From the NCBI GenBank assembly GCA_001777515.1, contig MFEF01000028.1, positions 1-63,375 of the forward strand: a stretch of 63,375 bases of DNA, in the 5' to 3' direction. A program made the position numbers and the translations under genes. How positions within the stretch are numbered: position 1 is the first letter of the stretch; each line of letters opens with the position of its first letter. The notes below the pieces were generated by a model that was not told where the DNA came from, searched no databases, and was given only the letters and a program-made list of their open reading frames with translations. Origin of the DNA: Candidatus Doudnabacteria bacterium RIFCSPHIGHO2_01_48_18. GTDB lineage: Bacteria; Patescibacteriota; Doudnabacteria; UBA920; 2-01-FULL-46-14. Positions 1-8,353 of the stretch are shown here, piece by piece.

Positions 1-64
1 GCCGCCCTTGAAATTCTCCGGGCGACAAACATTAACAAGTAATCAACTATCCGTTAAACTCTAA

Positions 65-403
65 GTGACAAGGTGTCTAAAGAACGGGGAGCAGGCCAAC
101 CCAGAATACGCCGCCAAAAAACAGAGTTTGATTTCCGAAAAAATGTCGCTCACTGAAAAAATCACTGACTTTGAGACAAAGGGTTTGTCTTGGCTCGAAC
201 CGGCTCGTGAGTTTGTAAAATCCTTAAATCAAGCCGCAAATCTCATTCAGACAGATAATCTTTCCGAATTGCCAACATTTCTTAAAAACATCGGCTCGAA
301 CCATATTTTGAGGAATCGGGAATTTCTTTTTGCCCCGAAAAATCCGTACAATTTGGTCGCCGAGCGGCGCGTTTCGCGCCGCGAGGCATTGACTTTTCCT
401 ACG
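65..403 (+). pseudogene. Probable C-terminal remnant of a large serine-recombinase-like gene
   Basis: The translation (KQSLISEKMSLTEKITDFETKGLSWLEPAREFVKSLNQAANL...FLKNIGSNHILRNREFLF) resembles, from memory, the coiled-coil C-terminal tail of large serine recombinases. The frame opens right after an in-frame TAA at 62-64. It then runs antisense through two tRNA genes, so only about 65-403 is plausible. It abuts the 3' end of tRNA-Leu. Confidence 0.3.
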
Positions 404-488
404 TGGTGCCCAGGGTGGGACTCGAACCCACAAGGCTTTTGGCCACAACATTTTAAGTGTTGCGTGTATACCGTTCCACCACCTGGGC
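404..488 (-). tRNA. tRNA-Leu (anticodon UAA), class II with long variable arm, CCA encoded
   Basis: Hand-folded. Acceptor GCCCAGG/CCTGGGC; anticodon stem CAACA/TGTTG with loop CTTAAAA; T arm GTGGG-TTCGAGT-CCCAC; discriminator A followed by CCA. Confidence 0.9.
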
Positions 489-490
489 AT

Positions 491-566
491 TGGAGGCCAC
501 GGCGGGAGTTGCACCCGCGAATGGCGGTTTTGCAGACCGCTGTGTTAGCTGCTTCACCACGTGGCC
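491..566 (-). tRNA. tRNA-Cys (anticodon GCA), CCA encoded, unusual T-loop
   Basis: Hand-folded. Acceptor GGCCACG/CGTGGCC; anticodon stem GCGGT/ACCGC with loop CTGCAAA; discriminator U73 followed by CCA. The T arm is GCGGG-TGCAACT-CCCGC, so the T-loop reads UGCAACU rather than the usual UUCRANY. Confidence 0.8.
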
Positions 567-568
567 GT

Positions 569-606
569 AAATCTGTCATTCCAGCGAAGGCTGGAATGAC
601 AGATTT
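569..606. repeat. Perfect 17-bp inverted repeat (hairpin) between GIY-YIG stop and tRNA-Cys
   Basis: AAATCTGTCATTCCAGC-gaag-GCTGGAATGACAGATTT. Both arms were checked base by base. Confidence 0.8.
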
Positions 607-608
607 TA

Positions 609-899
609 TTAAGTTATCAATTCACTGTAAAGATCGCGCCATCCCGGATTATTTTTTTCGATCAAATCAATTTTCCACTGTCTTTTCCACGCCTTGAGCT
701 GCTTTTCTCTGGTTATTGCACTCATTACATCTGGCGTATCTTCATAATACACCAACATATGGACTTTGTATTTCTTTGTGAATCCTTCCGCAAGGTCATT
801 CTTATGTTGCCATATTCGCTTGATTAGATTATCCGTAACGCCGGTATACAAAGTACCATTTCGCTTGCTAGCCAAAATGTAGACATAATAGCTTTTCAT
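609..899 (-). CDS. GIY-YIG nuclease family protein (small stand-alone domain)
   Basis: MKSYYVYILASKRNGTLYTGVTDNLIKRIWQHK... matches the GIY-YIG motif pattern. The ATG at 899 is preferred over the ORF-track TTG at 917. Confidence 0.85.
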   Translation of the reverse strand: MKSYYVYILASKRNGTLYTGVTDNLIKRIWQHKNDLAEGFTKKYKVHMLVYYEDTPDVMSAITREKQLKAWKRQWKIDLIEKNNPGWRDLYSELIT

Positions 900-941
900 T
901 TTGTTTCTGGATGCCAAATCAAGTTTGGCATGACACGAGTA

Positions 942-2117
942 CTATGCCGGGGTTTGTGCGATTTCAGGTTTGGTTTCTTCTGTCGGGGTTCCGCCTTCAT
1001 CGGGCGTCGGAGCTGGTTTCGGTTCAACCGCGCCTTCGGCTCTGGGCGGCCTGAGAGACAAACCTAATCGGTGATCCGCGGGTTCAATGGAAATAATACG
1101 AAACTCTTTTTCTTCGCCTTCTTTGAGGACATGGGAGGCGTCAATGAGTTTCTCAGTAGAGAGTTCGCCAAGGTGAGCAAGCCCGTGAATTTCCGGGTCA
1201 AGCTCGACGAACGCGCCGAAAGGAGCAATCTTGAGAACTTTGCCGCGAATGGTCTGCCCAATCTTGTATTTCTTTACCGCGTCTTCCCACGGGTCTTTCT
1301 GCAACCTTTTTAGAGACAGACTGATGCGGTCGTTATCAATTGCAATGATTTGAGCTTTGACTTTATCGCCAACCTTTACGATATTTTTTGGATCTTCTAT
1401 CCGCTGCCAAGCCAGCTCAGAAATATGCACGAGACCCTCGAGCCCATCGCCGAATTTGAGAAATGCTCCGAAATCAACGACCCCAGTAATCTCACCTTCT
1501 ACCACATCGCCGATCGCCAGTTTACTGATCTTCTGCAGCAGCTCGCCTTCGATGACCGCTCTTTCAGATACGATCAGCTTTTCACCTTGCTGCTCCGCAG
1601 TAATGATTCTGACGTCAAAATCCTGGCCAACATAGCCGCGCAGTACTGACAAAATTTTGTTTTTGTCTCCATCCTCAACGCGCGGATAATGAGCGGGGGC
1701 GAGCTGAGACACAGGGAGAAAACCCACAACGTTATTGATTTTAACCATGAGGCCGCCTTTGTTGGCCTCCAAAATCTTGGTCTTAACAATCTCCCTGCTG
1801 TCCATCTTTTCGCGCAGGGTCTGCCACACGCGCTCGAGGCCTGCCTTGCGGAAAGAGAGCTCAATGTTGCCCTCTTTATTTTCGATTTCAACAACAGAGG
1901 CAAAAACCTCGCCGCCAACCTGAAGGGAAGAGAGGATCTGTTCATCATCATAGAGCTCGCGGCCGCGCACGACCCCGATACCAATACCGTCAACGTCCAC
2001 GTAGACTTCATTCTTGCCAACGCTCAAAATGCGGCCTTTGATGACGTCGCCTTCGGCCAGGAGCTTAATTTTTGATTGGAGGAGGAGTTCCTCCATGGAT
2101 TGCTCGGTCATAGACAT
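942..2117 (-). CDS. rpsA: 30S ribosomal protein S1-like (four S1/OB repeats)
   Basis: Repeated S1-domain signatures are present (GDVIKGRILSV, VVGFLPVSQL, GDVVEGEITGVVDFGAFLKF, GQTIRGKVLKIAPFGAFVEL). Confidence 0.85.
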   Translation of the reverse strand: MSMTEQSMEELLLQSKIKLLAEGDVIKGRILSVGKNEVYVDVDGIGIGVVRGRELYDDEQILSSLQVGGEVFASVVEIENKEGNIELSFRKAGLERVWQTLREKMDSREIVKTKILEANKGGLMVKINNVVGFLPVSQLAPAHYPRVEDGDKNKILSVLRGYVGQDFDVRIITAEQQGEKLIVSERAVIEGELLQKISKLAIGDVVEGEITGVVDFGAFLKFGDGLEGLVHISELAWQRIEDPKNIVKVGDKVKAQIIAIDNDRISLSLKRLQKDPWEDAVKKYKIGQTIRGKVLKIAPFGAFVELDPEIHGLAHLGELSTEKLIDASHVLKEGEEKEFRIISIEPADHRLGLSLRPPRAEGAVEPKPAPTPDEGGTPTEETKPEIAQTPA

Positions 2118-2292
2118 AAAAAATAGGTACCTTGCGTACCTAAAACTTTGGAGGAATTACGCAAGGGTTAAAAATTAGTAGTTAATTAAGGATTAAATGT
2201 CTTGCTAGAAGACTATTCAGTTTTTACTTGCCTGCCTTTGGCAGATGCCTAAACATCCTATCAGAAGCCTGGAAAAAAGGCAAGGGTTAGGG

Positions 2293-2298
2293 TATAAT
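2293..2298 (+). promoter_or_regulatory. -10 box TATAAT placed 6 nt before the ATG at 2305 (leaderless-type)
   Basis: TATAAT at 2293-2298, with a TGGAAA -35-like hexamer 17 nt upstream. No SD fits between the box and the ATG. Confidence 0.4.
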
Positions 2299-2304
2299 TT
2301 ATAC

Positions 2305-2928
2305 ATGGTAATAAGCTGGTTTGGGCTCTCGAGTTTCAAAATCTCCTCAGGTCCGCTCACGGTTATCACTGACCCTTTTTCCAAGAACACTGGTCTTACG
2401 CCGCCGCGAGGCGCGACAGATATCGTGATAATTTCAAACGCCACATCTGATCTCTACAACAACCGGGCAGCGGTAGGGGATGAGAAGACTTTTGTCGTGG
2501 ACTGTCCGGGTGAATATGACGTGAAAAGCCTGTTCATCCGCGGCGTCGCCGGAACAGGCGCAACTATTTATTCTATCCGCATGGAAGACATGAGGCTCGG
2601 GTTCCTAGGCTCACTCAAACAAAAAGAGCTTACGGATGCGCAGCTTGAAGAACTGGGAGAAATTGATGTGCTGTTTGTGCCGGTCGGCGGTAAAAGCGTC
2701 TGCGACGCCGAAGAAGCGGTGACCATTGTTAACCAGATTGAACCGCGATTTGTGATTCCCATGCATTATCAGCACGCAGGTTTGAAGCTCAGCCTTGATA
2801 AAGTTGATCAGTTTCTCAAAGAGCTGGGCGGAACCAAGGAAGCGCCGCAGGAAAAACTGACCATCAAAAAATCCAATGTTTTAGAAGGAGAGAATACCGA
2901 GGTCGTGGTCCTCGATCCGCAAAGGTAA
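2305..2928 (+). CDS. MBL-fold (UPF0173-like) hydrolase-like protein
   Basis: The MVISWFGLSSFKI... N-terminus and overall layout resemble UPF0173/MBL-fold proteins. Metal-binding motifs appear degenerate. The start was moved from 2245 to the ATG at 2305. Confidence 0.5.
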   Translation: MVISWFGLSSFKISSGPLTVITDPFSKNTGLTPPRGATDIVIISNATSDLYNNRAAVGDEKTFVVDCPGEYDVKSLFIRGVAGTGATIYSIRMEDMRLGFLGSLKQKELTDAQLEELGEIDVLFVPVGGKSVCDAEEAVTIVNQIEPRFVIPMHYQHAGLKLSLDKVDQFLKELGGTKEAPQEKLTIKKSNVLEGENTEVVVLDPQR

Positions 2929-2933
2929 CCGAT

Positions 2934-3143
2934 ATGAGTTTTTTGAGGAACCTGCAAAACAAACCATACCCGGAAAAAATCAGAATCCTCAAATTCGCCG
3001 GCATCGTCGCGGCAATATTCATTGCTCTTGTCTGGGCGCTGACCCTCCAGTTCCGATCTACCGGAGAATCTTCAGAAAAAGAAAAATTCGCCCCGCTCTG
3101 GGAAAATTTGCAAAAGCTTCGCAATATTAATTTTTCAAAATAA
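2934..3143 (+). CDS. Small membrane protein, hypothetical
   Basis: 69-aa ORF with one hydrophobic helix ([18 protein letters not shown]). Its stop overlaps the gyrA ATG (TAATG), suggesting translational coupling. Confidence 0.5.
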   Translation: MSFLRNLQNKPYPEKIRILKFAGIVAAIFIALVWALTLQFRSTGESSEKEKFAPLWENLQKLRNINFSK

Positions 3144-5662
3144 TGGCCGGTGTCAAAAAAAATAAATCCAGCGGTGACGAGGAACCGAAAAAATCACCTC
3201 AGCCATCCGCCTCAGGCGGAGGAGATATCGGTTATTTGAAGCCGCGCAACATTGAAGACGAGATGCAGGAGTCATACCTTGACTATGCCATGTCAGTTAT
3301 CGTGGCCCGGGCACTGCCAGACGTCAGAGACGGCCTCAAACCTGTGCACCGCAGAGTTCTTTACGCCATGAATGAGCTCGGGCTGCAGCCATCGGCCAGA
3401 TATCGCAAATCCGCCACTGTGGTTGGAGAAGTTTTGGGCAAATACCACCCGCACGGTGATGTCGCTGTGTACGATTCTTTGGTGCGCCTCGCGCAGGATT
3501 TTTCCATGCGCTACCCGCTCGTTGATGGCCAGGGCAACTTTGGCTCGCTGGATGGCGACGCGCCTGCGGCCATGCGTTATTCTGAATGCCGCCTGGCGCC
3601 CATGTCTCTCGAGCTGCTCACTGATCTTGAAAAAGACACGGTGAACTACATGGATAACTATGACGCCACCAAAAAGGAACCGGTAGTATTGCCCTCAAAG
3701 CTGCCCAACCTGCTTTTGAACGGCACGCTTGGTATCGCGGTCGGTATGGCTACGGATATTCCGCCTCATAACCTGGGCGAAGTGGTGGACGCGGCCGTCG
3801 CGATCATTGATGATCCAAAGCTGACCAGCGAAGATCTGATGCAGTTTGTGCAGGGACCCGATTTCCCCACGGGCGGCATTATCTATGACTGGAACGCGAT
3901 CAAATCCGCGTACGCGACCGGCAAAGGCTCGGTCACGGTCCGGGCGAAAACTGACATTATCGAGGTCAAAGACGGCAGCTACCACATCATTGTCACCGAG
4001 ATTCCTTACCGCGTAAATAAAGCCTCGCTCCTGGAAAAATTTGCCGAGCTTGTGAATGAAAAAAAGATCGAAGGCATCCGCGACCTCCGCGACGAATCGG
4101 ACAAAGACGGCGTGCGGATTGTGATTGAGCTGAAAAAAGACGCGATCCCCAACAAAGTCCTCAATCAGCTCTTCAACTATTCCCAGCTGCAGGACACTTT
4201 TCATTTGAATATGCTCGCGCTTGTGGATGGTATTGATCCGCGCGTCTTAAACCTCAAAATGATTCTTGAATACTATGTCGCGCACCGCCGCGAGGTTGTT
4301 ACGAGACGCACGCGTTTTGAGCTCGAAAAAGCCAAAGACCGGGCGCACATTTTGGAAGGCCTCAAAAAAGCGCTGGATCACATTGATCAGATCATCAAAA
4401 CTATAAAGCAGTCAGAAACCAAGGAAGAAGCGCACGGGCAGCTCATGAAAAAATTCAAGCTGTCCGACAAACAATCCTCCGCGATTCTGGAGATGCGCTT
4501 GTCTGCCCTTGCCGGCCTTGAGCGAAAAAAGATCGAAGACGAACTCAAAGAAAAGATAAAACTGATTGCCGAGCTCGAAGATCTTCTCAAATCCCCTAAA
4601 AAAATCGACGGCGTGATCAAAAAAGAAATCCTTGATCTCAAGGCCAAGTTCGGCGATGAACGCCGCACCAAGCTGGTGAAGTCCCCAATCGGCGAGTTTA
4701 AGGTCGAGGATTTGATTGCCAACGAAGATGTGATCATTGTGGTGACCAAATCCGGTTATGTAAAACGGCTGCCGCCTGACACGTACCGCAAACAGGGCCG
4801 CGGCGGTAAAGGCGTTATCGGCATCACTACCAAAGAAGAAGACGTGGTTGATAAACTCCTTTCTGCGGAAACGCATGATGATATTTTGTTCTTCACTAAC
4901 AAGGGTCGCGCGTTCCAAACCAAAGTCTACGAGCTGCCCGAGACCTCCCGTACTGCCAAAGGCCAGGCTCTGGTGAATTTCCTGAACCTCGGTCCCGGTG
5001 AATTTGCGACAGCCGTGCTCACATACGGCAAAAGTGAGGCTGGTAAATATAAATTTATGTTTATGGGTACAAAACAGGGGACAGTGAAAAAAGTCGAGGT
5101 GTCTGAATTTGTGAAAGTGCGCCGCTCCGGACTGATTGCCATGAAAATGCGCCCGGACGATGAGCTAAAATGGGTGCATCTCACCTCGGGCAGCGATGAG
5201 ATCATGATGACTACCGCCCAAGGCCAAGCTATTCGTTACAAAGAAAATCAGGTACGCGCCATGGGACGCAATGCCTCAGGCGTGCGCGGCATGAGGTTGC
5301 GGAAAGGCGATGAGATCATGAGTATTGATATTATTGAAAAATCAGCTGACCAAAAGAATTTGCAAGTCCTCGTGGTTTCCCAGTTTGGCATGGGCAAAAA
5401 GACGCCGCTTCAGGAATACAAAGTCCAGGGCCGCGGCGGATCTGGCATCAAAACCATGAACATCACTAAAAAGACCGGACAAATCTGCGTCATGCACATC
5501 GTGGACAAGGCCATCGAAGCAGATTTGGTTGTTATTTCCCGAATGGGGCAGACTCTCCGCACTGCTCTTGGCACCATCTCCACGCTCGGACGCTCCACCC
5601 AGGGTGTCAGGGTTATCCGGCTTGCCGAAAAAGACACTGTCGCTTCAGCGGCAATCGTATAA
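3143..5662 (+). CDS. gyrA: DNA gyrase subunit A
   Basis: [28 protein letters not shown] and the [10 protein letters not shown] active-site Tyr region are present, followed by C-terminal beta-pinwheel repeats. 839 aa. Confidence 0.95.
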   Translation: MAGVKKNKSSGDEEPKKSPQPSASGGGDIGYLKPRNIEDEMQESYLDYAMSVIVARALPDVRDGLKPVHRRVLYAMNELGLQPSARYRKSATVVGEVLGKYHPHGDVAVYDSLVRLAQDFSMRYPLVDGQGNFGSLDGDAPAAMRYSECRLAPMSLELLTDLEKDTVNYMDNYDATKKEPVVLPSKLPNLLLNGTLGIAVGMATDIPPHNLGEVVDAAVAIIDDPKLTSEDLMQFVQGPDFPTGGIIYDWNAIKSAYATGKGSVTVRAKTDIIEVKDGSYHIIVTEIPYRVNKASLLEKFAELVNEKKIEGIRDLRDESDKDGVRIVIELKKDAIPNKVLNQLFNYSQLQDTFHLNMLALVDGIDPRVLNLKMILEYYVAHRREVVTRRTRFELEKAKDRAHILEGLKKALDHIDQIIKTIKQSETKEEAHGQLMKKFKLSDKQSSAILEMRLSALAGLERKKIEDELKEKIKLIAELEDLLKSPKKIDGVIKKEILDLKAKFGDERRTKLVKSPIGEFKVEDLIANEDVIIVVTKSGYVKRLPPDTYRKQGRGGKGVIGITTKEEDVVDKLLSAETHDDILFFTNKGRAFQTKVYELPETSRTAKGQALVNFLNLGPGEFATAVLTYGKSEAGKYKFMFMGTKQGTVKKVEVSEFVKVRRSGLIAMKMRPDDELKWVHLTSGSDEIMMTTAQGQAIRYKENQVRAMGRNASGVRGMRLRKGDEIMSIDIIEKSADQKNLQVLVVSQFGMGKKTPLQEYKVQGRGGSGIKTMNITKKTGQICVMHIVDKAIEADLVVISRMGQTLRTALGTISTLGRSTQGVRVIRLAEKDTVASAAIV

Positions 5663-5690
5663 ATAAAAAACGCCTTTCGGCGAATTGTTA

Positions 5691-5767
5691 TGGTGGGCGT
5701 GCCTGGATTCGAACCAGGGACCATTCGTGTATAAGACGAACGCTCTGACCAGCTGAGCTACACGCCC
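5691..5767 (-). tRNA. tRNA with anticodon UAU (Ile, AUA reader), CCA encoded
   Basis: Hand-folded. Acceptor GGGCGTG/CACGCCC; D arm GCTC-AGCTGGTCA-GAGC; anticodon stem TTCGT/ACGAA with loop CTTATAC; T arm CCTGG-TTCGAAT-CCAGG. The body resembles bacterial tRNA-Ile. Confidence 0.85.
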
Positions 5768-5821
5768 AAGTAGCGAAATTATAGCTGAATGTGGTAAAAT
5801 TTTAAATAGCAAAACAAAACC

Positions 5822-6805
5822 ATGATTGACCCGACATTAACCTCATATGTTAAGCAAAATCTCAAAGACGGTTTTAGCCAGAATGAAATCATGGGCGCTC
5901 TTCGCTCTGCAGGCTGGCACGAAGCAGATATAGAAGGGGCATTCCATCAAACCGCTCCCTCACAAAACACCGCTGCCGAGGATTTGGCTCTTGATCTGAC
6001 AGACCTGCCGGATCAAGGTTCATTTTTCAGCCGCCACAGAACAGCCGTCATCGCGCTTTTCATTTTTTTAATTTTTGCGCCAATCGTGGGATATGCCGGA
6101 TTCTTGGCCTGGCAGAGATACGCAGCGCCCCAAACAACGGATGAATCAGTAACGCCGCCTCCCTCACCCTTGAATAAGGGTGAGGTGCCCATTGTTAACA
6201 CAGCGGCAATTGCCCGCGACGAGCAACGCCTCAAAGATATTCAGCTTCTGCAGGACTCGCTCAATGCATTTTTGGCCGCCAAAAAGGTTTATCCGAAGGC
6301 ATTAGCCGAGCTCACTGCTGAAAAATTCCTGGAACAGCTTCCGGCAGATCCTGACACTGGCGCCGATTACCTTTATTTGCCCCTGGGGGAACCAGTTTTG
6401 GATTATACCCTGAGCTTCGTGCTCGAAACTGACATGGGCACCTTGGAAGCCGGTCTGCACGAGACTGCCCCAGCCAATCCGCTGCAAGCGCAGACGATTA
6501 CCGAACAAGACCAGGCAGTTAAAGGCATCAGCGTTAAATCGCGATCATCAAAAATTGCAGTCACCGATCTTAGCGCGACGCCTTTTTATCCGGGCGAAGA
6601 GGTGAGCGTTGCCGTGCAAACTACTCTGAGACTTAAGGAAGTAATTTTGCTGACTGATCACCTAAAACTCTCTGATAAAAACCAGCCTTTTGATTTCCGA
6701 TTTACCGGCCCGAAAACTCCCGGCGAATATGAGGTCCGAATTTTCGCTTTCACGGAAAGCGGTGAAACCCTATTTCAAACAACAACATTAACAGTTAAGC
6801 CCTGA
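5822..6805 (+). CDS. Membrane-anchored protein with pseudopilin-like core and C-terminal Ig-like region, hypothetical
   Basis: Cytoplasmic N-terminal domain, one TM helix (AVIALFIFLIFAPIVGYAGFLAW), then RLKDIQLLQDSLNAFLAAKKVYPKALAELTAEKFLEQLPADPDTGADYLY. That segment resembles type II secretion/type IV pilin cores. Confidence 0.5.
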   Translation: MIDPTLTSYVKQNLKDGFSQNEIMGALRSAGWHEADIEGAFHQTAPSQNTAAEDLALDLTDLPDQGSFFSRHRTAVIALFIFLIFAPIVGYAGFLAWQRYAAPQTTDESVTPPPSPLNKGEVPIVNTAAIARDEQRLKDIQLLQDSLNAFLAAKKVYPKALAELTAEKFLEQLPADPDTGADYLYLPLGEPVLDYTLSFVLETDMGTLEAGLHETAPANPLQAQTITEQDQAVKGISVKSRSSKIAVTDLSATPFYPGEEVSVAVQTTLRLKEVILLTDHLKLSDKNQPFDFRFTGPKTPGEYEVRIFAFTESGETLFQTTTLTVKP

Positions 6806-6821
6806 AAGGGGGTGTAACCAC

Positions 6822-6950
6822 ATGCCAACTTGTCCGATGTGCAGCGCTGACGTTGATGATGTAGATACTCATAAAGGAGAAACTCATCCCGAGGAAGCCG
6901 GGGCGCAGACCCCGCCAGCCTCTGACTCTACCCAGCCAACTCAGCCATAG
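6822..6950 (+). CDS. Candidate 42-aa micro-ORF with CxxC motif
   Basis: MPTCPMCSADVDDVDTHKGETHPEE... is preceded by an SD-like AAAGGGGG (6806-6813) and followed by an intrinsic terminator. It is below the ORF-track size cutoff. Confidence 0.4.
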   Translation: MPTCPMCSADVDDVDTHKGETHPEEAGAQTPPASDSTQPTQP

Positions 6951-6966
6951 TCTTGAATAAAAAATT

Positions 6967-6990
6967 CCGCTCGGAAAGAGCGGTTTTTTT
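6967..6990 (+). terminator. Rho-independent terminator
   Basis: CCGCTC-ggaaa-GAGCGG followed by a run of seven T. Confidence 0.7.
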
Positions 6991-6991
6991 A

Positions 6992-7000
6992 TGTTATCAT
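6992..7000 (+). promoter_or_regulatory. Extended -10 (TGtTATCAT) 6 nt before the ATG at 7007 (leaderless-type)
   Basis: TG at 6992-6993, TATCAT at 6995-7000, ATG at 7007. No SD is present. Confidence 0.4.
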
Positions 7001-7006
7001 TGATTT

Positions 7007-8350
7007 ATGCCAAGCATTACTTTTTATGGCGGAGCAAACGAAGTCACCGGTTCCAGTTTTCTTGTTAAGGGAAAGAAAATCACGGTTCTGGTCGACTGCG
7101 GCCTATTTCAGGGAGAGAAATTTGCCCATCAAAAAAACTATGATCCGATGCCCTTTGCCTGCGGGGAAATCGATCACGTGCTTGTGACCCACGCTCACCT
7201 TGATCACACTGGCCGCATTCCGAAAATTTGCCTTGAGGGGTTTGCCGGCAATATTTTTGCGACCAAACCCACGCAGGCATTGATGAGATATCTCTGGGAA
7301 GACGCTATCGAAATCATGGAGATTGAGCAAAAAGAAACTGGTCGCCCGCTTTTATACACCAAACAAGACGCGTCCCGCGCGGAACAATTTTTTACGGCCG
7401 TAAATTACGGCGAAAAAATCATGCTGTCAGAGGATGATTACGCCATTTTCCATAACGCCGGCCATATCCTAGGCTCCGCATTTATTGAGCTTGTCATCGA
7501 CGGTAAACGATTGGTTTTTTCCGGCGATATTGGCAACGTAAAACCTGCGCTCGTCAAAGAAACTGAAAAACTTCCAGCCAACATTGATCTGCTGGTTTGC
7601 GAATCAACCTATGGCAACCGGGTTCACGAAACCGGCGCGCAGCGAAAAAAAATTTTCACTACCGAAATCAAACAAGTGATAAAAAACAAAGGCACGGTTG
7701 TGGTTCCAGCTTTTGCTGTGGAGCGAACGCAGGAAATCCTGCATTTGCTGCATGAGCTAAACGAGCAAGGCCAGATCCCTGCCATTCCCATTTTCCTTGA
7801 TAGCCCTTTGGCCATTAAGGTCACTAAGGTCTTTAAAAAATTCCGGGATTTTTTCAACGACCTGCACACCGACAAACCATCGCACGATCTATTTAATTTT
7901 CCCGGACTCAGACTGGCCGAAACTCGCGACAAATCTAAACAGATCAATCATGTCCAGCCCCCGAAAATGATTATTGCCGGCAGCGGCATGATGAATGGCG
8001 GACGCGTCCTCTATCATCTGGAGCACTATTTATCCGACCCCCGATCCACGGTTCTCGTGATTGGCTATCAAGCCGCGGGAACTCTTGGCAGAAGGATTGT
8101 CGACGGCAAAAAATGGATTCCTCTATTCAATAAAAGCGTGCGCGTTAGAGCCAAAATCAAGGCTATTGGCGGTTTTTCCGCACACGCTGATCAACAGAAA
8201 TTGACCTCCTGGATCAAGACCGCTAAACATCTCCGGCAAATATGCCTGGTGCACGGCGACGCGGAAAACATCAGACAATTCGCGAATGCGCTCAGTGCTG
8301 ACAAAATACCCACGGTGATTCCCGAGTACAGAGAAACTATTAACGTCTAA
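7007..8350 (+). CDS. MBL-fold beta-CASP RNA-metabolising hydrolase
   Basis: HxHxDH motif (THAHLDHTG) plus beta-CASP-type C-terminal motifs (GGFSAHAD, LVHGD). Confidence 0.8.
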   Translation: MPSITFYGGANEVTGSSFLVKGKKITVLVDCGLFQGEKFAHQKNYDPMPFACGEIDHVLVTHAHLDHTGRIPKICLEGFAGNIFATKPTQALMRYLWEDAIEIMEIEQKETGRPLLYTKQDASRAEQFFTAVNYGEKIMLSEDDYAIFHNAGHILGSAFIELVIDGKRLVFSGDIGNVKPALVKETEKLPANIDLLVCESTYGNRVHETGAQRKKIFTTEIKQVIKNKGTVVVPAFAVERTQEILHLLHELNEQGQIPAIPIFLDSPLAIKVTKVFKKFRDFFNDLHTDKPSHDLFNFPGLRLAETRDKSKQINHVQPPKMIIAGSGMMNGGRVLYHLEHYLSDPRSTVLVIGYQAAGTLGRRIVDGKKWIPLFNKSVRVRAKIKAIGGFSAHADQQKLTSWIKTAKHLRQICLVHGDAENIRQFANALSADKIPTVIPEYRETINV

Positions 8351-8353
8351 CCG

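Noticed and set aside
404-697. The ORF-track ORF 65..697 continues for about 100 codons past the recombinase-like part.
   Set aside because: That stretch is antisense to two well-folded tRNA genes and a perfect hairpin. The open frame there is incidental.
5663-5690. A short hairpin (CGCC-tttc-GGCG) after gyrA as a terminator.
   Set aside because: It has only a 4-bp stem and no T-run, which is too weak to call.
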